From positions 960,001 to 1,024,000 of the forward strand of contig CAVVLO010000002.1 in the NCBI GenBank assembly GCA_963749155.1: a stretch of DNA of 64,000 nucleotides, written 5' to 3'. Every line of letters starts with the position of its first letter. Within the stretch, counting starts at the first letter, position 1. Of the stretch, positions 31,166-40,234 are shown piece by piece. The position numbers and the translations under genes are program-made. Origin of the DNA: an uncultured Armatimonadia bacterium. Lineage in GTDB: Bacteria > Armatimonadota > Zipacnadia > CAVVLO01. The notes beneath the pieces were generated by a model, which saw only the letters and a program-made list of their open reading frames with translations, made no database searches and was not told where the DNA came from.

Positions 31166-32031
31166 TCTTGTCCACCCATCCCTGTTTGGTTTCGCAAAGC
31201 CAGCGCTGCCTGGGTGTGCAGCGCATGGCCAGACCTGCTTGCCGTGACTCTTGCTTCAACAAAGGCACCGGTAAGGTATAAGTCGCCCACCAGGTCAAGC
31301 AGCTTGTGGGCTGCCACTTCATTAGCCAGACGAGGCTCGTTTACATAGCCTTCCTCGCCAAGGACCAGGACGTTTTCAAGCGAGGCGCCGCGCGCAAGGC
31401 CTGATTCGATTAAGGCTTTCGCTTCGCTTTCAAGCCCGAAGGTTCGGGCGGGCGCGACCTGCTGGCCGAAAGACGCCTCACACGGGCGATAACTGGCCTC
31501 GACAACGCCAAGCCAGGCCAGTGGAGATTCGAAACGATATTCAAAACTGGCTGTAAGGGCAGGCTCGATGTGTATGAAAGCCTCACCTGCGCGCACCTCA
31601 AGAGGCTCGCTCAGGCGAAGCAGCTTGCGCGAAGCTTCCTGTTTCACAAGCCCCGCTCCCTCGATTAACTCGAGGAAGGGCAAGGCGCTTCCATCCATTA
31701 CGGGTATCTCTGTGCCCTGGACACGCACCAGGCAGTTGTCGACGCCAGCGCCCCAGAAGGCCGCCATCAGATGCTCGACCGTCGCAAGACGAGTTTTCCC
31801 AATACCAAGTGTGGTGCCCCGGCGCGTTTCCAATACATACTCGGCAAGAGCCGGTATGCGTTCGGTCCGTCCCTGACCAGGCACCTCGAATATGATCCCT
31901 GTGTCTTCTGGCGCAGGCAGCAACTCCAGTCCGACCAGCTCACCGGTATGCAACCCGATACCTGCCGCCCTGACTGGGCGCGCGAGGGTGCGTTGCGCTT
32001 CCTGCAACCTGGTCTCTGGAGTTCTCATCAC
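31162..32031 (-). CDS. lpxC: UDP-3-O-acyl-GlcNAc deacetylase
   Basis: GIGLHTG, TVEHLMAA, APARTFG and HKLLDLVGDL motifs. Start is GTG 32031 or ATG 32028. Confidence 0.93.
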   Translation of the reverse strand: MMRTPETRLQEAQRTLARPVRAAGIGLHTGELVGLELLPAPEDTGIIFEVPGQGRTERIPALAEYVLETRRGTTLGIGKTRLATVEHLMAAFWGAGVDNCLVRVQGTEIPVMDGSALPFLELIEGAGLVKQEASRKLLRLSEPLEVRAGEAFIHIEPALTASFEYRFESPLAWLGVVEASYRPCEASFGQQVAPARTFGLESEAKALIESGLARGASLENVLVLGEEGYVNEPRLANEVAAHKLLDLVGDLYLTGAFVEARVTASRSGHALHTQAALALRNQTGMGGQE

Positions 32032-32037
32032 CACGGG

Positions 32038-32048
32038 ATTATAGCACA
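32038..32048 (-). promoter_or_regulatory. Extended -10 promoter element ahead of lpxC
   Basis: Minus strand reads TGTGCTATAAT, 6 nt upstream of GTG 32031. Confidence 0.55.
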
Positions 32049-32094
32049 AAGCGACCGGCTTCCCGGCCGCTCTGGCTGGTCTTTCCCTTGGTAG

Positions 32095-33468
32095 CTAAAG
32101 GCTACGCGCCACCAGTCGGCCTGCGACGCGCACCATCCTGAATTCTGCTCCGCATACCGGGCAGGTTAACACCTGGCCCTCTTCCGGTGGCCGCTCGAGG
32201 GTCATCTGATATTTGCAGACCGGACATACAACTCCGGCGTTCTCGGTTAGCAGATAGCTGCCATCGAAGAGCTGACGCAGGAAGCTGCTGGAAAGCTCCT
32301 TTAGCCTTCGGCCTTCCCGGATTGCGGTCTCCAGTTTGCTCGCTTCGGTAATGTTGCCGATGAGGATAGCCCCAACGAGCACGCCCTTTTTTATGTTCAG
32401 GCGTTTGTAAACCCCGGCTTCTTCGAAGAGCTCCGAGCGTTCTTCATAATCTGGTCCCGTACCGTTCGAGTCGCCGAGTATTGCCACATCGAGGTCGAAG
32501 ACTCGCACCGAATAGCGCCTGCACTTGCCTCCATAGCTGATTTGCCCACCCAGCATGTTCTGGGCGGCGATTTTGCCTTCTTCGTAGGCGGGCAGCCAAC
32601 CTCGGCCCATCGGCAACAATCCGCCACTGGCGTTGAGCTCGATTGTGTCGCCGGCTGCGAAAACGTCAGGATCGCTTGTCTGGAGATGCTCGTTCACTTT
32701 GATTCCAGTCTCGACTTCAAGGCCTGCCTTGCGAGCAGGACCGGTGTCAGGCTGGAAGCCAACAGCGGGGAAGACAAGCTGGGTGTCAAGCTTCTCTCCC
32801 TTTTTAGTGAGCACCCCTGAAAGGCCTTGATCACTGTCCATCAATCGCTGTACTTCATCGCAGGTGATCATAACGCCAGCTCGGCGAAGCGCCGCCTCGA
32901 CCAGCGCAGCTGAACGCGCATCAAGCGCATGGGTGGCCAGGTGCGGGCCAGGCGTGAGTAGCCGCACATGCATTCCCGCCCTTATGAGCGCATTGATAGC
33001 CCATATGCAGGAAAGGCTTTCGCCAGCGACGACTGCCAATTCCTCAGCCTGCAGTTGCTCCTTGAGTTTCAGTGCGTCAGCAAACTCGGTCAGAGAGGCC
33101 AAATTGGACGCATAGGCGCCCGCTACCTCAAAAGGCCTAGGTTTCGCGCCAGTGCCAAGCAGCAACTTGTCATAAGGCAAAGCTTCGCCGTTTTCCAGCT
33201 TGACGAGTTTATTTTTAAGGTCTACATCGACGACATGCGAATTCATGCGATACTCAATGCCCTGATTCGCAAGCAAGTCAGAACGGCGGCTGAATAGCGC
33301 TTTCTCGGGGACGACACCCGCAACGAAATACGGGAGCATCGGACGATAATAGAAGGGATAGGCTTCCGCGGTCAGGATGATTATCGAGGCGCCAGGTGCT
33401 TCTTGCCGTAAGGTTTCGGCAGCGGTTACAGTGCTTACTCCGCCTCCAACCAGAACATAACTGGCCAT
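32095..33468 (-). CDS. FAD-dependent pyridine nucleotide-disulfide oxidoreductase (NirB/rubredoxin reductase-like) with C-terminal zinc ribbon
   Basis: YYRPML, YDKLLLGTGA and TSDPDVFAAGD motifs; C-terminal CPVC-x18-CPVC. Confidence 0.85.
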   Translation of the reverse strand: MASYVLVGGGVSTVTAAETLRQEAPGASIIILTAEAYPFYYRPMLPYFVAGVVPEKALFSRRSDLLANQGIEYRMNSHVVDVDLKNKLVKLENGEALPYDKLLLGTGAKPRPFEVAGAYASNLASLTEFADALKLKEQLQAEELAVVAGESLSCIWAINALIRAGMHVRLLTPGPHLATHALDARSAALVEAALRRAGVMITCDEVQRLMDSDQGLSGVLTKKGEKLDTQLVFPAVGFQPDTGPARKAGLEVETGIKVNEHLQTSDPDVFAAGDTIELNASGGLLPMGRGWLPAYEEGKIAAQNMLGGQISYGGKCRRYSVRVFDLDVAILGDSNGTGPDYEERSELFEEAGVYKRLNIKKGVLVGAILIGNITEASKLETAIREGRRLKELSSSFLRQLFDGSYLLTENAGVVCPVCKYQMTLERPPEEGQVLTCPVCGAEFRMVRVAGRLVARSL

Positions 33469-33504
33469 TGGCGCACCTCCTTGGGAGAAGTGAGATTAGA
33501 AATT

Positions 33505-33687
33505 TTAGTCCTCTATCAGAACAATCGCAGCGGCAGGACAGTTCTCCACACATTGGCCGCATTCGATACAATCCTCAGGTCGCTCTACCCAGCCTTTGTC
33601 GTCTTTGAGTTCAAAGACCTCAACTGGACACACCTCGACACAGGCGCCTGCCCCTGTGCATTTGTTGTGATCAATGACTGGATGCAT
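33505..33687 (-). CDS. Small dicluster ferredoxin (60 aa)
   Basis: CTGAGACVEVCP and CIECGQCVENCP; RBS AGGAGG upstream. Confidence 0.9.
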   Translation of the reverse strand: MHPVIDHNKCTGAGACVEVCPVEVFELKDDKGWVERPEDCIECGQCVENCPAAAIVLIED

Positions 33688-33787
33688 TGCTTTTCCTCCT
33701 GGCTGGTGGCTAGTTTCTACCTGCTCTCTATAACCATTTTACTCGCGCCAGCGCTTCTCCTGCCTCTTCTAGCCCAGATACAGCCTG

Positions 33788-33821
33788 AAAAAAACGATCC
33801 GGCCCCCAAAAGGCCGGATCG
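33788..33821 (-). terminator. Rho-independent terminator after the GHMP kinase
   Basis: 10-bp stem CGATCCGGCC/GGCCGGATCG with a T7 tail on the minus strand. Confidence 0.8.
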
Positions 33822-33850
33822 AATCCTGTTGAAACTCGTTTGAAAGGGGC

Positions 33851-34885
33851 CTATAGCCACTCCACCACCAGGCCTGGCTGGGGCTCAAGAGGCACGAGTT
33901 CGCCTCCAGCTTCTTCCACAAGGCGAGTCGCGAGGGCTTCTGGCGTCTCATGCAGCAGGATGATGGTGCCCCCCTGGCCGGCGCCGGCAAGCTTGGCGCC
34001 CCAGGCGCCTTCAGCCAAAGCCAGATTGATATAGTGTTCGTTGATTTCGCCCGAACCGCCCAGCCCTCGCTGAAGGGCGTGATTCTCGTTCATCAACTTG
34101 CCCAATCCTGCCCAGTCGCCTAGCAACAGTGCTTTCTTGCCAAGTCTTGCCAGGCGCGTTATCTCCCGGTAACTCTCGACAACCTCGGCCTCACCAGTCT
34201 CCCAGCGCTCCCTGATTGGCTTGTGCACCGAGGTAGAATCGTGCCTGACCCCGGTGTGGACAACTGCGAATTTGGAGAGATCCACCTTGCCTTCGAGAGG
34301 CTCGACAGTGGCGAAAGGTTCAGTCTCATCCTGACGTTGCCACTCTTTGCCAGCGAAATCGATGAAATTCACCCCGCCGAAGCAAGCCATATACTGGTCC
34401 TGGTAGCCACAGGTCTGGCCCATTATCTGGTGTTCGATTATGCGCACCGCCTCGGCGCTCTCGTGCAGTCCAGGGGACGCCCCGAACCAGGCTGCCAGGG
34501 CGCCCAGGATTGCCGTCGTAATCGCAGTTGAGCCGGCAAGCCCAGCCTGCATCGGGATGTCGGTATCCGCGGTGAGGGTGAAGCCTTGAGCCGGCCATTG
34601 ATAACCGCGCGCAAGGAAATACCGAAACGCCGCGCGCGCGACATCGGCCGGCGTGCGTTCTGGAAGGCCTCGCTGGGGCCCGAGCGCCAATTCTTCCGGC
34701 CCTGCCAGTGCTACTTCTTCCTCCGCCAGCTTTAGCTGAATCAGGCCTTCGCCAGGTGTAATCTCGCAGAAGCTGCGATGCCCTATGGTGCAAGCCAGCA
34801 TTGCGCCGCCATAACCATCAGTTGGATTACCGACGATGCCAGCTCTGCCAGGAGCACTGGCTCTGATACGTCTGACCTGGGTCAT
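33851..34885 (-). CDS. GHMP-family sugar kinase (glucuronokinase-like)
   Basis: SAPGRAGIVGNPTDGYGG, IPMQAGLAGSTA, CGYQDQY and KLAGAGQGG motifs; ATG 34885 overlaps the upstream stop. Confidence 0.8.
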   Translation of the reverse strand: MTQVRRIRASAPGRAGIVGNPTDGYGGAMLACTIGHRSFCEITPGEGLIQLKLAEEEVALAGPEELALGPQRGLPERTPADVARAAFRYFLARGYQWPAQGFTLTADTDIPMQAGLAGSTAITTAILGALAAWFGASPGLHESAEAVRIIEHQIMGQTCGYQDQYMACFGGVNFIDFAGKEWQRQDETEPFATVEPLEGKVDLSKFAVVHTGVRHDSTSVHKPIRERWETGEAEVVESYREITRLARLGKKALLLGDWAGLGKLMNENHALQRGLGGSGEINEHYINLALAEGAWGAKLAGAGQGGTIILLHETPEALATRLVEEAGGELVPLEPQPGLVVEWL

Positions 34886-35796
34886 CCCTGACCCTCCAGC
34901 CGCTCGAGCAGCCCCTTGGTGAAACTGCACAGGCCGGCGCCGAGTTCTTCATCTGACAGCGCAAGCTCTATGAAAGCTTTGAAATAACTGTCGTGCGAGC
35001 CGATGTCAAAACGCTTCTCACCAGGCTCGAGTAATACGCCGTAGACAGGCAAGCCTTCCTGCAGCAGCAGCTTGAGCGCATCGGTAAGCTGCAATTCGCC
35101 GCCGACGCCGGGCTTGATTTCCTGGATAGCTTCGAAGATACGCGGGCTCAGCACATAGCGCGATGCGATGGCCAGGTTGGAGGGCGCCTCTTCGGCTCGC
35201 GGCTTCTCCACCAGGTCGACGAGTTCAACGACTGGCCCCTCGGTGTCGCGCGCCCGTACGATGCCATAACGCTGGACCAGCTCACGCGGGACAGGCTGCA
35301 GGGCGATAGTGGCGGCGGCCTCGCGTTCAAGATGCGTCTTCAAAAGCCGGTTTACCAGAGAGTCTTCTCCGCTGCCCGTCCTGTAAATGACATCTCCAAG
35401 CGCCACGATGAAGTTATCGTCATCTACGAAAGGTTGCGCCAGGGCGATTGCGCCCGCCAGACCTGTCTGCACAGGCTGCCGCACGTAGAAAAGACGCATC
35501 TCGCGCTCTTCATAACCTGACACGTCAAAAGGCGCGTTGCGTAAATCCATCCCCTTGCGGTGGTTTATATCTGTCAGCGGGATGCTGCGATCGAAGTGAT
35601 CCTCGATGGCACGCTTGTGCTGGCCTGTGATGATGAGCGTATTATCAATGCCGGCATTCTTCAGCTCTTCGATTACATACTGGATGACCGGCTTGCGACC
35701 GACGGGGAGCATCTCCTTGGGCTGGGCGCGAGTCGCAGGCAGCAGTCGAGTACCGAGTCCAGCGGCCGGTATGACCGCCTTAACCTTTATGTCCAT
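34882..35796 (-). CDS. galU: UTP--sugar-1-phosphate uridylyltransferase (GalU family)
   Basis: IPAAGLGTRLLPATRAQPKEMLP, LVEKP and GELQLTDA motifs. Confidence 0.85.
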   Translation of the reverse strand: MDIKVKAVIPAAGLGTRLLPATRAQPKEMLPVGRKPVIQYVIEELKNAGIDNTLIITGQHKRAIEDHFDRSIPLTDINHRKGMDLRNAPFDVSGYEEREMRLFYVRQPVQTGLAGAIALAQPFVDDDNFIVALGDVIYRTGSGEDSLVNRLLKTHLEREAAATIALQPVPRELVQRYGIVRARDTEGPVVELVDLVEKPRAEEAPSNLAIASRYVLSPRIFEAIQEIKPGVGGELQLTDALKLLLQEGLPVYGVLLEPGEKRFDIGSHDSYFKAFIELALSDEELGAGLCSFTKGLLERLEGQG

Positions 35797-35868
35797 TAGA
35801 TTACCGCCCTTATCGGGTTGGTTTTGACGCCAATATGAGATGTTGGGAGAAGATTACCACAACAGAGA

Positions 35869-36972
35869 CTAGAGAGAACCTTCTCCTTTGAAGCTGACGA
35901 GATCAAGTCGACGATCAATCGAGGCGACATAAAACTGACCTGAACCAAGGAAACCTGCGGCAAAAGGCCTGGAACCAGTCAGGCCTTGCTTTAGCTCTCG
36001 ACCAGTCGCAGTATCAAGCAAGGTGAGCCTGCCCAAAGGACAAGCCAGTAAGGCTCTCTTTCCCTCGGGTGAAACCGCCACATTGCAGGAACGTCCGAGC
36101 GGCGATTCCCAGAGCACCTGGCCACCGGCCGCGATTGCGAGCATGCGAGTACCACAGACCGCCAGCACCGAGCCTGCCGCCGGTACGAGTTGGCCAGTAA
36201 CTCCCGGCACTCCCGCCAGTGGGGCAAGCGGCTCGCCTGGCACCTGCCAGAGTGAAAGCGCTCCATCCGAATCTGTCACGAAAGCGGTATCGCCAAGGAC
36301 TGCAAGTTGCCCAACCGAGCCAGCCGCCACCGGAGCGCTGAGAACAGGCTGCAAGGTCTCTGGGTCATACGCGACGAGGCCAATCCTTTCACAGCCAACC
36401 AGCACCCGCCCCTGCCAGAGCACAGGGCCACAGGTAGCCGCGGCGGGTAGACGAGTCTCAGCCAGCGACTCGCCAGAGCCTGGAGAGAGCGCCAGAAGGC
36501 GCGTTTCGGAGAGCACGAACAGGGCCTTCTCGGTGATGGCAATGTCGCCGGTTATATTTTCTGCGAGCTGACTTACCCACAAGACTTTCCCTTCATTGTA
36601 ACCAAGGCGATATACCGAGCCCTCCTGAGTGGCAAGCAAAAAACTGTCAGGTAGCGCGATGGGCGCCCCGGGAGCAAGCCCTCTAAGCACTCGCAGCACC
36701 TCGGGTTGTTGACTGCCGCCTCTTAGCAGAAGCACTTCGCCCGCTGTTGTAGCCAGCACGGCGTCCTGCCCAATATGGGCAGCGGGTTCAGTTACCAATC
36801 CCAGCAGACCAAAAGTGGCGTCAATTTCGAGGTGTCTTTCGGCCCGCCAATGCCGCCAGGAGAGGCTCCCAACCACTAAAAAGAGCCCAGCAAAAAGCAA
36901 CACCGCTCTGGCAAGTGACAGCGGTCGCCTGGCTGATTCTTTCACTGTCTTTCTACGTCTTGTTTCAAACAT
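35869..36972 (-). CDS. Membrane-anchored PQQ-like beta-propeller protein (BamB-like fold)
   Basis: N-terminal TM; repeated G.V.W and ALxxxxGE propeller blades. Confidence 0.65.
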   Translation of the reverse strand: MFETRRRKTVKESARRPLSLARAVLLFAGLFLVVGSLSWRHWRAERHLEIDATFGLLGLVTEPAAHIGQDAVLATTAGEVLLLRGGSQQPEVLRVLRGLAPGAPIALPDSFLLATQEGSVYRLGYNEGKVLWVSQLAENITGDIAITEKALFVLSETRLLALSPGSGESLAETRLPAAATCGPVLWQGRVLVGCERIGLVAYDPETLQPVLSAPVAAGSVGQLAVLGDTAFVTDSDGALSLWQVPGEPLAPLAGVPGVTGQLVPAAGSVLAVCGTRMLAIAAGGQVLWESPLGRSCNVAVSPEGKRALLACPLGRLTLLDTATGRELKQGLTGSRPFAAGFLGSGQFYVASIDRRLDLVSFKGEGSL

Positions 36973-37038
36973 AAGGATTTAGTAGAGCATCCTCGAATAT
37001 ATCAATGCTATACTTCCCATAAAGGGGGGAATTACTGG

Positions 37039-37335
37039 ATGATTCTACCAATGTTTCAGATGTTCCTTGAAGGCCCGGCAAACGCTGCGACTTATATGTT
37101 GCTTGCTATGGCGCTGCTGGCCTTGGCGCTAGTGCTCTGGGCTTCAATAGACTGCGCTCAACGCAGTTTCAAGAATTCGCTTGAGAAGCCTGTCTGGCTG
37201 CTTGTAATCCTGGCTGGATTGCCTCCACTCGGCTCTATCGTCTATCTGGCCGTCAAGCACAGCGAATTTGCCCAGGAGCCTGTCTCAGAGTTTACTCCCG
37301 AACCGCCCAGCGGGGTAGACCCCGGTGAGAAGTGA
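37039..37335 (+). CDS. Small membrane protein with PLDc_N-like hairpin
   Basis: LWASIDC...KPVWLLVIL...LGSIVYL pattern; RBS GGGGG. Confidence 0.7.
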   Translation: MILPMFQMFLEGPANAATYMLLAMALLALALVLWASIDCAQRSFKNSLEKPVWLLVILAGLPPLGSIVYLAVKHSEFAQEPVSEFTPEPPSGVDPGEK

Positions 37336-38173
37336 ACTAGTAACCAGGGGAGCCAGTGGCCTTGTGGTCATCGCCCTGTTACTTGGTTGCGTGCTGGCAG
37401 GCCCTTTTGGCCTGTTGGTGCTTGCTCTGCTGGTTAGCCTGGGCGGTGCCTTCGAGTTTATGCGAACTGGCGCTGCCCTTGGCGCAAAACCAGTAGTCGA
37501 ATTGCTTCTGCTGGCCGGTATCGGGCTGCCTGTGGCTGCCTGGTATTTTGGCAACGACCCACTGATTTTTTTTGCGCTGGCTGGGGCGCTCATCTGGCTT
37601 GCCACTATGCTGACTGGCGCCATCTTGCTGGCTCAGGAGCCAAATCGACAAACTGCCACCCGACTGGCCTTCGGACCCCTCTTCATTGTCTGGGTGCCTT
37701 TTGGGATAGCCCATCTACAGCTCTTGTATACAGCGGCATCCCAAACCTCGCCTCTGGCCTCAGGTGCCGATCCGGCCCTTAAAACTATCGTCCTTTTACT
37801 GTTGGCCTTATGGGTGAGTGATTCCTTTGCCTACCTTTTCGGCTCCAAGTTCGGCAAACGCAAGCTTATCCCGCATATAAGTCCGCACAAAAGCTGGTTC
37901 GGCCTGTTTGCCGGGATGCTGGGTGCGATGGCTGTTGCTGCCGCGGGAACTTACGGGCTGGGTGGCAATCTGAACACCGGGTTGATATTCGGCGCGCTTG
38001 TGGCAGTGCTGGCACCCCTTGGCGACCTCTTCAAGTCACTGCTCAAACGCAGCTTCGGGGTAAAAGATTTCGGTAGCCTTATCCCTGGCCATGGCGGTCT
38101 GCTGGACCGGTTTGATGTGGTCCTCTTCGTTGCGCCAGCCATCTACTGGCTGCTCTTCAATCCGCTTGGCTAG
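37325..38173 (+). CDS. cdsA: Phosphatidate cytidylyltransferase
   Basis: DSFAYLFG, ISPHKSW and KRSFGVKDFGSLIPGHGGLLDRFD motifs. Confidence 0.93.
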   Translation: MRSELVTRGASGLVVIALLLGCVLAGPFGLLVLALLVSLGGAFEFMRTGAALGAKPVVELLLLAGIGLPVAAWYFGNDPLIFFALAGALIWLATMLTGAILLAQEPNRQTATRLAFGPLFIVWVPFGIAHLQLLYTAASQTSPLASGADPALKTIVLLLLALWVSDSFAYLFGSKFGKRKLIPHISPHKSWFGLFAGMLGAMAVAAAGTYGLGGNLNTGLIFGALVAVLAPLGDLFKSLLKRSFGVKDFGSLIPGHGGLLDRFDVVLFVAPAIYWLLFNPLG

Positions 38174-38829
38174 AGCCTCATCTGGTCCATAAGCTGCTGG
38201 CGGTATTGCTCCGAGCCCATACCTAGTATCTCGTCACATTCAGTCTGGCTAATGAAGCGCGGCTTGCCAATGCTTAGAGCGGCAATCTGGATACGCGCAC
38301 CTTCCTCCAGCACCTCGGTGCGGAGTAGCGCCTCCCTGAAATTGCGCCCCACTGTCAGTGCGCCGTGGTTGGTCATCGTGACACCAGGATGGTCTCCAAG
38401 CAGCTCTACCGTGCGATCCGCCAGGGCTTTGGTAGTCGGAGGCTGGTACTCCAGATTGGGCACGCTGGCACCCAGATAGACCACGAAGTCTGGGAACATG
38501 GCCGAGACAGCCGTCCCGCAGCTTACAAGCGCTATCGTCAGAGGCGGATGGGTATGCACAATAGCGTTTACGTCTGGCCGCTGGCGCAGGATGTAAAGGT
38601 GCATCAACACCTCCGAGGTCGGCCTGCGCGAGCCTTGCACTACTTCTCCAGAGGCCAAATCAACGCCAACCAGGTCTTCTTCGGTCAGGTCTTCAAAGGC
38701 CAGTCCACTGGGCGTGACCCACATTAGCTCCCCGTCGCGGGCGCTCAGATTACCGCCAGGCCCCACAACGAGTTTCTTGTTTACTACCTCGAGTCCGCAA
38801 CGCAGTAGCTCTTCTTTTATGCCAGCCAT
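38170..38829 (-). CDS. Class II aldolase/adducin family protein (FucA-like)
   Basis: GGNLSAR, TPSG, PTSEVLMH, HTHP and NHG motifs; start ATG 38829 with AGGAG RBS. Confidence 0.88.
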   Translation of the reverse strand: MAGIKEELLRCGLEVVNKKLVVGPGGNLSARDGELMWVTPSGLAFEDLTEEDLVGVDLASGEVVQGSRRPTSEVLMHLYILRQRPDVNAIVHTHPPLTIALVSCGTAVSAMFPDFVVYLGASVPNLEYQPPTTKALADRTVELLGDHPGVTMTNHGALTVGRNFREALLRTEVLEEGARIQIAALSIGKPRFISQTECDEILGMGSEQYRQQLMDQMRL

Positions 38830-38845
38830 CAGAAGGTCTCCTCTA

Positions 38846-40234
38846 TCACTCTTCGAAAGCGCGTACTTTCTCAAGGGCTTTCTCGCCAAGCGCTCCGAGT
38901 CCACCAAGGAAGCTCGAAGCGAACTCGTCTAGTGAGGCCCAGTCAGTTGCTTCAAATCTGAGGGTCAGCGCAGGCTCGGTGACAGAGGCCCTTATCAGCG
39001 CCCAACCCTTGGCGAAATAGGCTTTCACGCCGTCCAGCAGTTCTACTCGCGCCCCAAGAGATTCTGCCTGCGACCTGGCCAGCGCCATAAGCGCCGCTTT
39101 GTCGCCAGAGTATTTCAAGCGGAACTCAGGTGTAGTGCAATATTCGGGTACTTCGGCCAGCAACTGATCGAAAGGAAGACCCACCTCGGCTACCAGAGAG
39201 GCTACCAGCAGCGCCGAGAACAGGCCATCATCGCCGCCATCCAGCTCCCGGTAGAAAAGATGCCCGCTGTATTCTCCACCGAACACTGCGCCCTTCTGCA
39301 GCATCGTTGTCTTTATAAAAGTGTGACCACTGCGCTCAGGGACCGGCTGGCCGCCATACTTTAGGATGGATTCCTCGACCGCGCGCGACAGCTTCAGGTC
39401 GAACACCACGGGAGAGGGGCCTTCGCGTTTAAGCAACTCTCCGGCAAGCCAGGCAATCAACCTGTCCGAAGTCACGCGCCGGCCTTTGGCATCCACAAAT
39501 CCAACCCTGTCGCCATCACCATCGAAGGCCGCGCCCAGGTCAGCCTTGCGCGCGGGCACCTCACGTTCGAGTTCGGCCAGGTCGCCCGGTTTCGAGATAT
39601 CAGGTGAACGGCTCGAGAAAGTGCCATCGGGTTTTTCGCCCAGGACGTCAGCAGTCAGCCCTAGACGTTTCAACACCAGGGGAAGCGCCCAGCCTGTAGC
39701 GCCTCCTCCGCAATCGAAAATCAACCTGGGGGCTTTCTCCGCAAGGCCTTTGAACCGGTCAGCGAGCCAGTCAACGTATTCTTCCTTGATGTCTACGCGT
39801 CTCAGCACCCCCTCGCCAGGGGCAAAGCCCCCCTCAACCAGACGTTCTTTCAGCCGGTCCAGTTCGTCAGGGCTGATGGGAAGGTCGCCAAAGATGGGCT
39901 TGAAGCCGTTGTGATTGGGCGGATTGTGGGAAGCGGTCACCATTACGCCCGCTCGGATGTCGAGGTGACGCCTGGCAAAGTAATAACCGGGCGTGGATAA
40001 CTGCCCCACGTCCACTACCTCGCAGCCTGAGGCCATCAGGCCGTCTACCAGCGCTCCTTTAAGCTCTGGGGTCGAAAGGCGGAAATCTCCCCCGACCAGT
40101 ACCTGGCCATCAGGGGCTTCCTCCGCCATTGCCAACCCGAGCCTGTAAGCTAGCTCGGGGGTGATGCTCTCTCCAATAACGCCGCGGACATCGCAGTCCT
40201 TGAACCCATCTAAAGGTATCCGCGCCGGTGACAC
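38846..40234 (-). CDS. Phosphomannomutase/phosphoglucomutase family protein
   Basis: FKDCDVRG, TASHNP, DGDGDR, GEYSGH and RASVTEP motifs; exact start uncertain. Confidence 0.9.
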   Translation of the reverse strand: MSPARIPLDGFKDCDVRGVIGESITPELAYRLGLAMAEEAPDGQVLVGGDFRLSTPELKGALVDGLMASGCEVVDVGQLSTPGYYFARRHLDIRAGVMVTASHNPPNHNGFKPIFGDLPISPDELDRLKERLVEGGFAPGEGVLRRVDIKEEYVDWLADRFKGLAEKAPRLIFDCGGGATGWALPLVLKRLGLTADVLGEKPDGTFSSRSPDISKPGDLAELEREVPARKADLGAAFDGDGDRVGFVDAKGRRVTSDRLIAWLAGELLKREGPSPVVFDLKLSRAVEESILKYGGQPVPERSGHTFIKTTMLQKGAVFGGEYSGHLFYRELDGGDDGLFSALLVASLVAEVGLPFDQLLAEVPEYCTTPEFRLKYSGDKAALMALARSQAESLGARVELLDGVKAYFAKGWALIRASVTEPALTLRFEATDWASLDEFASSFLGGLGALGEKALEKVRAFEE

